A stretch of DNA of 64,000 nucleotides from Eledone cirrhosa (lineage: Eukaryota). The notes beneath the pieces were generated by a model. The model saw only the letters and a program-made list of their open reading frames with translations. It made no database searches and was not told where the DNA came from. The stretch is from assembly GCA_964016885.1 (NCBI GenBank), contig OZ024741.1:323330001-323394000 (forward strand), read 5' to 3'. Made by a program: the position numbers and the translations under genes. Below, in pieces: positions 17,624-30,730 of the stretch (the first letter of the stretch is position 1; the number at the start of each line of letters is the position of its first letter).

Positions 17624-17732
17624 TCATACCTTTTCCTATATATATATATATATATGAGGAGGACAGTAGCTTGAATTATTTACTGACTCAGTCTGTGGCA
17701 ACCCGCCCGACCCATGCCAGATTTGAATGATA

Positions 17733-18621
17733 CTAGCTGATGTACCCAGCTTTCCCCGGGTAAACAAATGATAAGAGAAGACAGGTAAAAGAGAAAATGA
17801 CTGTATTAGATGTTTGTCTGGTTACAGTATGAGGCGAGTCCGTGGTGTCTGTGTGATACAAAAAAACAGTAAAATAAATCTTCCAGATTTACCAGATTCT
17901 TCGTTGTACCGTTTGTGCATAGTATATGAACAATTCTAAGTGCTCCCACATAGAATAGTGACCTCTAGGAGATGGTTCATCTTCTGCCTGACTGTAAAAC
18001 GTGTATCATTGCATAGACGTGGTTGTTCCATGTTTCTGGATGATGGAAGTTCCAATCTTTTATATTATATGTAGATATAGATATAGATAATTAATATAAA
18101 AGATGTCCGTCAATGTAAAAAAAGGTCCTTATTTACTCCCTTCACAACTCTGTGTATGTTAGACTAACAGACAGGCACACATACAGATAAACTGTGTGGC
18201 GATTGTGGGATGCCGCACGTACACACACATACACGCATGGAAACGCGCACACGCACGCAAACTTACACACACGCACACACTCACACATGTTGATAGTTTT
18301 TACTTTCTGTGGAACTCTGCACGCACGCACACACACATAAACATACGCGCACGTACATACACACGCACACATGTTAATAGTTATTGCTTTCCTTCCCCTC
18401 TTATTTCCACACACATCACACACACACATGTCTCTACACTGACACATATACACAGCGTTCACTTTGCCTCTGTCTCCCCTCTCACTCCCTCATTGGCATT
18501 ATGCATATTAATTTAAGTTTGGCGTCGTTGAGGTGGGCGGAGTCGTTTGAAACCTATGAACCAATGATAATCGAGAATTATGACACACGGAATACTGACA
18601 TTGTTCAAATTAATATATAGA
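17733..18621 (-). mobile_element. Non-autonomous Helitron with RepHel helicase C-terminal remnant
   Basis: Minus strand 5' A|TCTATATATTAA at 18621; 3' hairpin TACCCGG..GCTGGGTA then CTAG|T at 17733; 17940-18060 translates KIGTSII/RNMEQPRLCNDTRFTVRQKMNHLLEVTILCG. Confidence 0.8.
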
Positions 18622-18855
18622 TTCAGGGTGTCCATCAATTTTACAACTTGTTTACAACTTGAAAAATTCAGAAAAAATGAATAATGAAGATAACTCCACA
18701 GGGTTTATTGGATAAGATAGGTAAACATGAAAGCTTTAGTGAAAACATCAAAGGACTCTGATAATATTTCTTTAACATGCACAGAAATGTATTGATGGAT
18801 CTTAACTTTAATAGATGCAATAAACTCTGGAAGTTGTAAAGATATTTTATGGGAA

Positions 18856-18893
<38 letters not shown>

Positions 18894-19136
18894 CGATGTA
18901 AGGTTCTATACAGAACAGAGGTTATAGAGAAAAAGTTGAATTGGAAATAGCACGAAAAATATATTTAAAGGATCTGTTTTTCTCCTTTTGATCTTTGATT
19001 CGTCAAAGTGACATTATTGAAAAGATGAAAGTTTTATAATGTATATAAAATATAACCGGTTTCGATGTATTAGTGTAATCCATCTTATCATCTTTCCTTA
19101 CGAGAATAAGGAAAGGAAGAAACGAATATGTGTGTT

Positions 19137-19168
<32 letters not shown>

Positions 19169-19188
19169 CTTGTGTATATATATATACT

Positions 19189-19229
<41 letters not shown>

Positions 19230-19429
19230 TTGATTACATGCACACACATACTCATACATCAGTTGGTTTCAACTTATATGTTACTTTGCTTATTTTCAGT
19301 ATCAGTAGTCAAATAAATAACCCCAGTCTAAAATTACGAGAGTGAATGAGATTACCTATTGTCGTGATTATATCTGGAGCTAGTGATTTCAGCAGGAACT
19401 AGTGCCTATATTCGGAGTTGTTGACTATA

Positions 19430-19664
19430 CAGGAGCGGCGGAAGCATTTCTGAATTGGAGAAGAGGGACAAATTTGGTCAATTTAGTCGTAGTGATTAGT
19501 TTAGCTCTTTGTACTCTAAAATGGCCAGAAAACTTCGATATGCGATAAATATAACATGTACATAAATTGTAGCGTATATACAAATAGATATGAGTTTTGG
19601 TAGTTTGGGGAGAAAAATATAATTAAGGGGAGGGGTATACCCCTCCCCAGATCCACCGTCCCTG
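19430..19664. mobile_element. Putative MITE
   Basis: Imperfect TIRs CAGGAGCGGCGGA/TCCACCGTCCCTG; ATA on both sides. Confidence 0.5.
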
Positions 19665-20070
19665 ATATACCAAAAGCTGTTGATTATGTCAAGAACTATT
19701 GAACTATATCAAGAGCTATCCACTAAATCGGTGGAACTGGGGAGGAGATATGCACCCCTCCCCCTAGTTCCAACGCCCCTGCTATACCAGGAGCTGTTGA
19801 TTATAGCTATTCACTAAATCAGGAGGTATTTGCTATATCAAGAGCTATCGACTATACCAAGAGCTGCAATTATTCCTAATTTAACTGGGGAATTGGAAAT
19901 GGTAAATGGTATCACTGAAGTTGACAGTGTGTGTCTGTGTGTATATGTGTGTGCCGGCTGTACATATCACCATTACTATAAATACTATGATCATTATCAT
20001 TTCCACCACTATCATCGCCACCATAATCACCAACAGCAGTAGAATTATACTATATTACTATAATAATAAT

Positions 20071-20484
20071 AATTGTTTCTACTTTTGGCCCAAGGCCAGC
20101 AATTGCTCAGTACATTACTGGTACTTTATTTTATTTTAAGGATGAAAGGCAAAGTTAACCTCGGCGGGATTTGAACTCAGAATGGCAAGGACCGTAACTA
20201 TGCGTCAAAGCATGGTGTCCGACCCTCTACCGATACTGCCAATCCAAATAATAATAATCATTATTCCCATAACCATCACCTTATTTACCAATATTATTGG
20301 TGGATTGGCAGTATCGGTAGAGGGTCGGACGCCATGCTTTGACGCATTGAGTTACGGCCCTTGCCATTCTGAGATCAAATCCCGCCGAGGTTAACTTTGC
20401 CTTTCATCCTTACGGGGTCGATAAAATAAAGTACCAGTAATACACTGAGTAATTGCTGGCCTTGTGCCAAAAGTAGAAACAATT
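20071..20484. mobile_element. Two tRNA-derived SINEs head-to-head (20071-20245 -, 20302-20484 +)
   Basis: A box TGGCAGTATCGG, B box GAG(T/A)TCAAATCC, core GCCTTTCATCCTTACGGGGTCGATAAAATAAAGTACCAG. Confidence 0.85.
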
Positions 20485-20872
20485 ATTATTATCATCATCA
20501 CCATTATCAGTACCCTTAGCATCATCATTATCACCATCTTCACTATTTCCTCGTTACACTCGGTGGAGGAGTATGTTACATAGAGTGGACATAAGCATGG
20601 TTGAGGGATGAAGAAATTTGCTTCGCAATAATTACGTCTCGGGTTCGATCTCACCGGTGGCATCTTGGGCAAATGATATTTACAATAGTCTCAGATTGAT
20701 CTAAGCCTTGTGAGTGAAATTGGATAGATGGAATTTGTTTGGAAGTCTGTCGGATAAATTGTACCTGTAGCTCAAAGGGTCAGCCTTGTCACACATTGTG
20801 TTGAGTTGATTCTGCTTGAGAATTACGTTAAAGATACCCATGTCTGTGGAATACTCAGCCACTTACACTATA

Positions 20873-21040
20873 ATGGTTTCTGCTTAAGGCACAAGGCCAA
20901 CAATTTTGAAAGAAGGGAAAGTCGAATAAATCAATTCCAGTATGTTACTGGTACTTTATTTTATCGACCCCATGAGGATGAAAGACAAAGCTAACTTCGG
21001 CGGGATTTGAACTCAGAACGTAAAGGGCCGTAACTCTATG
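20873..21040 (-). mobile_element. tRNA-derived SINE, diverged
   Basis: Same core and B box. Confidence 0.7.
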
Positions 21041-22687
21041 TCTCGAAGCAGGGTATCTGACGCATGGTCTGCACCCATATTTCATAGGTCCAGCCTTGTA
21101 ATATATTGTGTCACTCTGATTCTGCCTGAGAATTATATTAAAATGCACGTGCTTGTGTAATTATCAACTCATTTTACATTAATCAACAAGTCCAACGTTC
21201 TGTCGATCGAATGACTGCATGCGCATCGTCGAAACCGACGGAGAACCGTTCATTACATTATCAATACGTACGTATCACGGCTCAGGATTCATATGACATG
21301 ACAAGTATTACGGCTTATACCATTGGGAGGTTCAGAGACTATGCAAGGAGTGCATGACAAAGCGCTTCTCTGAGCGACAGGCTGAAATAAAGCTCTTCAT
21401 GGGTGTTAAAAGCATTTCCATTATGGAATTAGAGGACAAATACCGAATCGATTAATCCGACACTCTAACGACTCTGCCAATTCGCCGACTTATTCTACAT
21501 ACTGTTTCAATTTTTTCGATAAATTTCAAGAGATTTCACTATTTGCAAAATCATGAACTCAGAACAACGAATATGCAAAATTCCTTTTGATGTGATGCCA
21601 AACGAAGCTTCTGATTCCATGCAGCTCTCAGTTAATTCCTTTACAATCGATACTACTTTGATATACACATTTAATACTTTATATATCTATTTTGGAATTT
21701 TATAAATCCTATGATGATATTGAAAAAATATCTATTGAAAATTTGCATCACGTTTTCTACTACTTAACAGCTTGAGGAATTGTCTTCAACATTAAATTTA
21801 GTCAGTAACCACTTGCGTGATAACTTGTGGATAATGGATAATATTCTTGCAACCCAAATAAGAATTGCTGCATCATCAACCTCAGTAAACGTCTCCGAAA
21901 TTTCAAAACTAAAGAAGATCAATCTTTCTTATTAAGATGCGAGGCAAAATATTTCATTAATGTAAAATATATTATACCTTGGTGATGTATTTAGTGTTTG
22001 GTTATTTAACCCACGTAGTTAAATTAACTATGTTGTTATATCCGGGTCGTTTACATGCCTTATCCAAATGTTGCATGAGTCGTTTAAGTAGGATTCCAGT
22101 TAGAACTTTCCCGTGAGCGACAAAAGTGAGATTCCTCTGTAGTTGCTACAATCTGATTTATCTCCCCTTCTTGAAGATAGTGATAAAGGCTCAATCTGTG
22201 AGATCAGTTGGTATATCTTCTTACGGCCACTTTTAGCAGAAACACTCCAAGTAGCTTTGTCGTAAATGCACCATTCTCATGTTTATACTGATACATACTC
22301 TCACACACACAGGACACACGCACACGCAGACACACATACGCACACACATAAACACTCACACATATAAACACATACACATAGATGCACTCACACACACATA
22401 TACACATATACATGTGTTTTACAGCATGTTTCCTCATGCATAATCTGCCTCCTATTGGGCTTCAATATTTGAAATTTTATTTTCCCCCCTCTTTTTAGTT
22501 TTTATTACTTTTTTATTACTTGTCTCACAAGCTCTTTTTGATAACCACTTGTAAGGAGTACTTGATACTTTCCCCAGTCTGTCAATGTTTACTAGCTCTA
22601 TACGGACGTTTAAATTGAATAAATATATAAATAAGTAAATACACACACTCATACACACATATATATATACTCACACACACACCCACT

Positions 22688-22720
<33 letters not shown>

Positions 22721-22827
22721 GCACACACATTCACACACACTCTCACACAAACGTTTTCATGGCTTGAGTTTTTCTAGCTTAGTTAAATAATCTATTTTAT
22801 GTAATAACAAGTTCGTATTATTTCATT

Positions 22828-23420
22828 TTGAGTTCAAATCCCGTCGAGGTTAGCTTTGCCTTTCATCCTTACGGGGTTGATAAGATAACGCGCTGCCGGG
22901 AATCGAACTCACGACCTTACGATCGTGAGCCCTAACCACAAAGCCACGCGCCTTCACAAAGTAACGGACTGGGATCGGTTTAATCGACTTTCCCCTTCCC
23001 TTCAATTGTGACAGAAGAAACAACTATTGGCAGTATCGGTAGGGCGTTGGATAACATGCTTTGCAACATAGAGTTACAGCCCTTTATGATCTGAGTTCAA
23101 ATCCCGCCGAGGTTAACTTTGCCTTTTATCCTTACTGGGTCGATAAAATAAAGTACCAGTCACGCACTGGATAATTGCTGGCCTTGTGCCTATATAAGAA
23201 ACCATTATTTTGTTGATTGACAGTATCGGTAGAGCATCGGACACCATGCTTTGCAGTATAGAATTACGTCCCTTTCCGAGTTCAAATTCCACCGAGGTTA
23301 ACTTTGCCTTTTATCCTTACGCAGTCAATAAAATGAAGTACCAGTAACGAACTGGGGTCGATTTAATCGACTTTTCCCTTCCCAAAATTGCTGGCCGTAT
23401 GTCTAAATCAGAAACCATTA
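22828..23420 (+). mobile_element. SINE cluster (partial ~22828-22885; 23026-23205; 23216-23420)
   Basis: Repeated A box, B box and core. Confidence 0.8.
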
Positions 23421-23784
23421 TATTTATTTTCATCTTTTATCTTAACACAATCGCATCATGATGTCAAGTTTAGATTTGTGAACTTGAGAAACAATTCTAT
23501 TTTGAATTTAGCTCTCTCTCCTCCAGCTTCTCCCCCAAATCAGCCTCCTCCCCCAATCATGAGAGTGCGTATTATCTTTCAATCTCTGACAGTAGTGATC
23601 AATATATAATTTACACTTCGATCAAAAATTCAAACATAAATAGGTCGCAACATGAGTGCAGACACACACACACAGATGTTCGCGCACCGACACACACACA
23701 CACGTTCGCGCACACATACACACACACACGCACACACACATATATACGTACACACACACACACATACGCACACATACACACACT

Positions 23785-23831
<47 letters not shown>

Positions 23832-24218
23832 TGTGTGTGTGTGTGCATGTGCAGAGAGAGAGGTAATTTATAATGAAACAGTTTCTTGCAGTGTGTGTGT
23901 AACAATAAAACTTCCCAAATCTCCACTAATGTCTCTCGACGTTCACATTCTCATCTCCAGTATGAAGTAATGTTGGTGTGAGTTGCTGTCTCAATAGGAA
24001 ACAGTATCAATGTGATTGGTGAAGACAGGAATAGGAATTTCAGTTGTTTGTTCTTGTTTGTGAACAATCTATGTTACTTCTGTGTTTAAACCGTAAGCTA
24101 GTCTCTTTCTCCACAACGACACATTCCCCAACACATACACACAGACACACACACAAACATATATATATGTAGTGAAAAGTTAGTGTCCGACGACTGATCT
24201 CACGCCGTTTCAACTCAG

Positions 24219-25126
24219 CAGATTCTAAGGATAGTGTATGAAGTGGAGGAGAGAGGTTATAGAATAGGTAAATCGAATGAGAGTAGGAGACAATAAAAGA
24301 TAATATAAAAAAATAAAAAAATGTATAGTGAGATATGAATAAAAAAATCACAATGCTATCTTACAATTACAGGTTAATAAGTTGTGAATAGAAAAAACTT
24401 GTAGAAATTGAGTAGTACCAGAACTGATACAAAATTAAAGGGGTTTAACACGTCTGCTATAAGTAGTTAGTAAAACGTATTCGGCCAATTCTATCTTAAA
24501 ATTACAGGGGTGGGGGAACTGATGCTACAGGGGCCCGATGGGCTGCATCAGGGTAGGCGAAAGGGGAAAAGCAGACGAGGAAGAAAATGGGGGGTGGAAG
24601 GAAGTGATAGGATGAGACAGGGGGAAGCAGAAGACAAAGAGGAAAAGAAAAGAAAAGAGATACATCTACCTAAGTAAGCTGGGGTTTCCCCTAACTTATT
24701 CAGCAAGTGTGTGTGTGTGTGGCGGGGGTGGGTGGGGTATCAGCACTTGTCTACTCACCCGGGTCGTTATTGGGTTTGAGGGCGAGGTAAGTCCTACGCA
24801 ATCTGTGTTTGCATGCGGTTACCAGTTCGTCTTTCTTGTTTAGGAGTTGGTCCTTCGAAAACAGCATTTGTAATGTTTCCTCCGAGCATAAGTTACACAG
24901 ACCCCTTTAATTTTGTATCAGTTCTGGTACTACTCAATTTCTACAAGTTTTTTTCTATTCTTAACTTATTAACCTGTAATTGTAAGAGAGTATTGTGATT
25001 TTTAAAATTCATTTCTCACTATATATATATATTTTTTTCTATTATCTTTTATTGTCTCCTACTCTCATTCGATTTACCTATTCTATAACCTCCCTCCTCC
25101 ACTTCATACACTATCCTTAGAATCTG
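24219..25126. repeat. 226-bp inverted repeat (24219-24444/24901-25126) of a truncated PLE
   Basis: Arms complementary by eye; spacer holds the GIY-YIG remnant. Confidence 0.85.
24751..24903 (-). pseudogene. Penelope-like element GIY-YIG endonuclease C-terminal fragment
   Basis: GLCNLCSEETLQMLFSKDQLLNKKDELVTACKHRLRRTYLALKPNNDPGE*, matching the CxLCxxE..LLNK(R/K)xEL..CRH ending of PLE ORFs. Confidence 0.75.
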
Positions 25127-25296
25127 ATGTATACATATCACTTTCAACGCTTGACCGCTCCACTCACACCCCTATTGTTCTACAGGCGAGTTCAGCCACC
25201 CCTACCACTCACCAAATGCCACGATAGACTTATTTGTGTTTACAAGACATTTTAACCAATCCTCTTGACAACTACAATCTTCCCATATAAGGAAGT

Positions 25297-25394
25297 ACCC
25301 CCTTGACAAGTTCGGCTATTTATTCACCAGGCTAAAAATTCTAATTTAGTCCAGAAATAGCCGTCGAAATGGCTTGAGCTCTGCCCTCGGGGGT
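25297..25394 (+). ncRNA. Type I hammerhead ribozyme, U3-A8 core (family G, TTGACAA), stem III decayed
   Basis: ACCCCC TTGACAA ... GAAA 25366-25369 TGGC..GCCC TC GGGGGT. Confidence 0.7.
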
Positions 25395-25486
25395 CATAGT
25401 TTTTCCTATTTCCCACTCTACTACCCTAAGTATTGAGTACTCTGGTGCGTTATGGTCCATCTGGTTCCTTACCACAATTCCTTTGT

Positions 25487-25530
<44 letters not shown>

Positions 25531-25675
25531 TTTATCCCGGGTTCAATCGAGGGTAACCACAGTAAGTAAGGTACTCTATACAAAGCAGAGTATAACTATT
25601 TAATATAGAAAAGCTGTTTCAAGAACTGCCTCCTGATGATTTCTCACGAATGAAACAGTTCTAGTCCTGTAAACG

Positions 25676-25789
<114 letters not shown>

Positions 25790-25822
25790 AAGAAATTAAA
25801 AGATGGTTAAAAAAGTTCCATG

Positions 25823-25893
25823 TATTTTATTATGCGCATTTCAAAAACAAATATCATCCTGGGACGATATTTGCGTTCTCATCAGATAAAATA
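25823..25893 (-). ncRNA. Type I hammerhead ribozyme, canonical core
   Basis: TATTTTAT CTGATGA ..GCAAATATCGTCC/GGATGATATTTGT.. GAAA TGCGCA TA ATAAAATA (8-bp stem I). Confidence 0.85.
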
Positions 25894-26016
25894 GGGAGAC
25901 ATGATATGAAGCTTAAAAAAAAACACCTGTGAGCAAGGTAGTGTCTGATCAACATATGTTGATTAGACACTACCTTGCTCACAAGTGTTTTTTTTAAGCT
26001 TCATATCATGTCTCCC

Positions 26017-26087
26017 TATTTTATCTGATGAGAACGCAAATATCGTCCCAGGATGATATTTGTTTTTGAAATGCGCATAATAATATA
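26017..26087 (+). ncRNA. Type I hammerhead ribozyme, canonical core
   Basis: CTGATGA 26025-26031; GAAA 26068-26071; TGCGCA; UA; one stem I mismatch. Confidence 0.82.
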
Positions 26088-26211
26088 CATGGAACTTTTT
26101 TAACCATCTTTTAATTTCTTCTTATATATACTCCAGTCTAATAAACTGTTGAGTGCTACTTATCCGATATTTGCATTGCTTTATTGTGCTACAATAAAAC
26201 TCACCTCCTAC

Positions 26212-26247
<36 letters not shown>

Positions 26248-26430
26248 TATATATATAATGATACTATTTATAGTAATGTATATACTATAAACAACTATAA
26301 ACAGGAAAGGTCAGTAATTTATTACTACCTTATTACCAGTAAGAGAAATAGCTCAATGTAAGAACACCAGGTGTTTAACAGAGCAGGAATATAAATTACA
26401 CAATTATCAAAGTTATGTTTAAAACATTTA

Positions 26431-26487
26431 ATCGCTGACAATTGTTTCTTCCAAACTTTCGTTTGAAATCATCGGACCATTAGCAAT
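26431..26487 (-). ncRNA. Hammerhead ribozyme, CCGAUGA core
   Basis: Mirror of 28041-28097 with palindromic CAATTG stem III. Confidence 0.65.
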
Positions 26488-28040
26488 GTTAGTACATATA
26501 ATTAACCTCCTATTCAACTGAACAATCATATAGATACATATATATTGATGTTTGTTGTGAACAACAGTTTCGTATTTATAGGGTGGAATGGATGCGACAT
26601 ATATTATACGAGAATTGTACAATAATTAAAATTAAAATTAAAAGCACAGAGAGGAATACATGTGGCAGATAATACAAGGGAATAGTCTAATAATTAAAGA
26701 GGCATTGAGGAAGAATGAGGACACTAGCAGTACATATGCAAGCGTGTAGAGAGTACACATGCGTTAGTCATATATATGAAGGAAACAAGCAAAGGTGTTA
26801 GGCATATATAAATACTGTATGGCAAAGGTATCACATAAAATAACACAGGTATACAAGCATATCAAGCAAAGGTGTTAGTGTATTAACATTTATGGTGGAT
26901 GTAATGTGATGATTATTTCTGTAGTATTCAAATGTGTGTGTGTTGAGAGTACTTATATTATATACAGTAATGGATATATAATATGTAGAGACATTTAATG
27001 TAATATGTGATAATAAATTATATATACATTTATAATTAAATATATAAATTAATAGCATTGTATATAAGGGATTAACTTTTAACAATATAATGTATATTAA
27101 TAACACAAGAGATTTAACTAATTGGACCTGTAAACAGCTATACATTTTTCCATAACTTATATCTTATCCAGTAATGGATAGATAACAATGTAATGAGACC
27201 TTTAATGTATTATAGGAAAATGGACTGTATTTAAAATTAAATATAAATAAATAAGATTATATAGAAGGGATTCACTTGTAACACAATATAATGTATATTA
27301 GAACAAAGAATTTAAATAATTGATACTTTCCTATATAATTTAATTTAATTAGCTAGTTACCTCCCCTTACGCATTGGCTCCCTTAATTTTGGATCTCATA
27401 CTCACTTCCGGAAATTAAACCGTTAGAAAAACTTGCTGTAGAACAACTCTAATCCATGGATAAGAATACTATAAGACCAATTTACAATCCATTGCTATAA
27501 CTAATTAAAAACATTCAATATAAACATTAACTAATATATAATTTAACATATGTAATGGAAAAGATAACAATAACTTTAATACTCTCAACACATAAACATT
27601 TGAATACTACAGAAATAATCATCACATTACATCCACCATAAATGTTAATACACTAACACCTTTACTTGATATGCTTGTATACCCTGTGTTATTTTATGTG
27701 ATACCTTTGCCATACAGTATTTATATATGCCTAATACCTTTGCTTGTTTCCTTCATATATATGACTAACGCATGTGCACTCTCTACACGCTTGCATATGT
27801 ACTGCTAGTGTCCTCATTCTTCCTCAATGCCTCTTTAATTATTAGACTATTCCCTTGTATTATCTGTCCCATGCATTCCACTCTGTGCTTTTAATTTTAA
27901 TTTGAATTATTGTACAATTCTCGTATAATATATGTCGCATCCATTCCACCCTATAAATACGAAACTGTTGTTCACAACATCAATATGTATGTATCTATAT
28001 GATTGTTCAGTTGAATAGGAGGTTAATTATATGTACTAAC

Positions 28041-28097
28041 ATTGCTAATGGTCCGATGATTTCAAACGAAAGTTTGGAAGAAACGATTGTCAGCAAT
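28041..28097 (+). ncRNA. Hammerhead ribozyme, CCGAUGA core
   Basis: ATTGCT..CCGATGA 28053-28059; stem II TTTCAAAC-GAAA-GTTTGGAA; GAAA 28080-28083; CGATTG; UC; AGCAAT. Confidence 0.65.
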
Positions 28098-28418
28098 AAA
28101 TGATTTGAACAGAACTTTGATAATTGTGTAATTTATATATATATATATATGTAGGAAAGAGCGTAAAAAATAAAAATAATAACACGAGATAGAGTTACCT
28201 TGGGAGAGATTTAATTGTTTCCGACAGACAACCCCCTCCCCGGAAAAAACCCTCAGTTGATGGATGTGAATCCAAAATATATATATATATATATTATATA
28301 TCTATCTATCTATATATATTTATATATATATATATATAAATATATATATATTTATATATATTACTTCAAAATATTAATACATATAGACATTCATGTGATC
28401 AAATATATTTTATTATAC

Positions 28419-28456
<38 letters not shown>

Positions 28457-28463
28457 TATGTAT

Positions 28464-28599
<136 letters not shown>

Positions 28600-28849
28600 G
28601 AAATCAGCAATACTAATCATATTTATTAATTATACGTATTTGTGTAACACCAGCACAGAGCTGTTAGGCAATCGTTACAACACCGACCTGCGCTGATGTG
28701 ACATCATTAGTTATTATGCAGTTATATAAGTGGACTCATATATTTTTGGCTAACGCTACCATGTTTGCGAAAGTTCGGAGAACATATCTAATTGTGTTTA
28801 TATTTGATGACTTCACACCGGCGCATGTCGTTGTTGTAACAATTGAACA

Positions 28850-29080
28850 ACAGCTCCAGGCTTTTGATTTTTCATCTTGCTCAACAAACGCTTAGCGCGG
28901 ATCAGACGGTTATTTTCTGTCTTTGCAGACATGAATTGGCCTCTCCGCATCTCATATGACTAGTATTGAACGTCCTCATGCACAATTCTCCTGATAGTGT
29001 GACTTGAAACTTAAGTTCTTTAGCAATGGCATTAATTGAGTTTCTAGAGTCTTTATCGATAATTTTCTGCATTATGGAGC
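28850..29080 (-). pseudogene. Tc1/mariner-superfamily transposase N-terminal (HTH) remnant, frameshifted
   Basis: MQKIIDKDSRNSINAIAKELK / IRRIVHEDVQY / NRLIRAKRLLSKMK. Confidence 0.7.
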
Positions 29081-29811
29081 AAGCCGAAATAAAGTGGCTT
29101 TGTAAAGGAGATAACTCGCGAGGAATTAACCTTACGATCATGAGCCAAACATCCCAAATCACTAAGGCACGTGTCTCCACATTTTATATTACAATGAAGC
29201 TGATTTGTGTAATTGTACTGCATTTTTCTTTAATTATTTTCTGTACTGGCAATTAATTAAAATTCAACACTGATTACCACCATTTTATTACCAGCTATTC
29301 TAGAATCAGCTCTGGTTCTATGAAACAAAAAAGAAACACCCATTTTAAATTAGATTCTTCCAATATAATTTTATAGAAGGACCATATGGCAAGTTTACTA
29401 TCGTAGTAATGAAATAATAATTAATTTTATTAAATCCATCGAAATTATTCATTAATTTATTGAAATAGAGTGTGTTTCATTAGAAATACAATCATGAAAG
29501 TGTTAAGGTCATGGGGAGGTAATAATGGTGGCGGCGATGATGATAGTACTACTATTGCAAATGATTATGATGGTGGTGATGATAGTAATAATGGTGATGG
29601 CGATAAACTCTTTTGATACTAACCTGGCCAAAAGAGGCCCTAGTTCTATGAAACAAATCTACCCATTTAAACGTTTTCTATATAAATTATAATCATCCAA
29701 CATAAATCTATATAAGAACTACATCTCAAGTTATTAACCCACATATGAAACAGTCATTTAAGTACAGTCTTCAAAATTCTTCATTAATTAATTGATAAAG
29801 AGTATCTTTCA

Positions 29812-30719
29812 TCTATATATATAAAACTGAGGATGTCTGTCTGTGTGTGTGTGAGTTTGAATCCCTAAAACTAGAGAAGCACCCAACCGACTGTTTTCAA
29901 ACTTTACACATGTAATACTTATGTTTCGGGGAGTGTTTCAAAATTTCAATGCCCTAGGGACCACATTATGCGATTTAGCGATCTCTCTCTATAATTCTTA
30001 GTCTTTCTCTTTTTAGATAGATACATACATATAACGTCGCGCCCTTATAATATCTGTCTGTATGTCTGGCTGTCTGCATTACGTCAGATCCCTGAGGATG
30101 TCTGTCTGTGTGTGTGTGTCTGTGAGTTTGAATCCCTAAAACTCGAGAACTACCCAACCGATTTTTTTCAAACTTTACATGTGTATTACTTATGTTTCAG
30201 GGAGTGTTATGCACATAAAAAATTCAACTTTTTGATCTCCTAGAGCCCGAATTAGATGAAAAACTGCGTTTTAAAGCTTTTTAGGGGTTTTTTGAGGCGC
30301 TACGTCAGACCGATTTCCTTGAAATTGTAACTATGTATTAGTCAGTCTCTTCTTCATACCGTGAGCAAAGAAAATCAAACTTTTTATGGCCTAGAGCCTG
30401 CATTAGGTGAAAAACTTCATTTTTTCAGCTTTTTAGGGCTTTTTGGAGGCATTACGTCTAGCCGATTTTCCCGAAATTTCAAGGCATATTATGCACATAA
30501 AAGAAATTCATTTTCTTGATCCCCTAGGGCCCGCATTAGGTGAAAACCTGCATTTTTCCTGCTTCACCGAGGAAAATCTTAAAGATTATCCAGCCATCAC
30601 AGTATTCGGTTTATTTTCTTTACATATTGTCCAGGCATGCAGTTTTTCCACGATTAGGTCTGTTGGCGGCCCGCCTTCCAAAATACCTTATCCCGTGCAA
30701 CACCGGGCACCACTGCTAG
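29812..30719 (+). mobile_element. Non-autonomous Helitron with internal duplications
   Basis: A|TCTATATATATAAAA 5' end; CCCGTGCAACACCGGG hairpin then CTAG|T 3' end; no TSD. Confidence 0.85.
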
Positions 30720-30730
30720 TTAGAAATATA

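Larger units (their letters stand above)
17323..17639. mobile_element. Family G HHR element (-) with inverted partial copy forming palindrome 17403-17517/17525-17639
   Basis: 115-bp arms, 7-bp spacer ATATTGG; related copy at ~25280-25490 (+); TA-flanked. Confidence 0.85.
26389..28138. repeat. ~560-bp inverted repeat (26389-26951/27580-28138), ~630-bp spacer, HHRs at outer ends
   Basis: Arms complementary with scattered substitutions. Confidence 0.9.

Noticed and set aside
20302-20390. tRNA genes at A/B box sites
   Set aside because: No cloverleaf; these are SINE heads
21500-22200. Possible decayed coding sequence
   Set aside because: No recognisable motif in the frames examined
24529-24550. 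CTGATGC..GCATCAG hairpin
   Set aside because: Simple hairpin, not a hammerhead core
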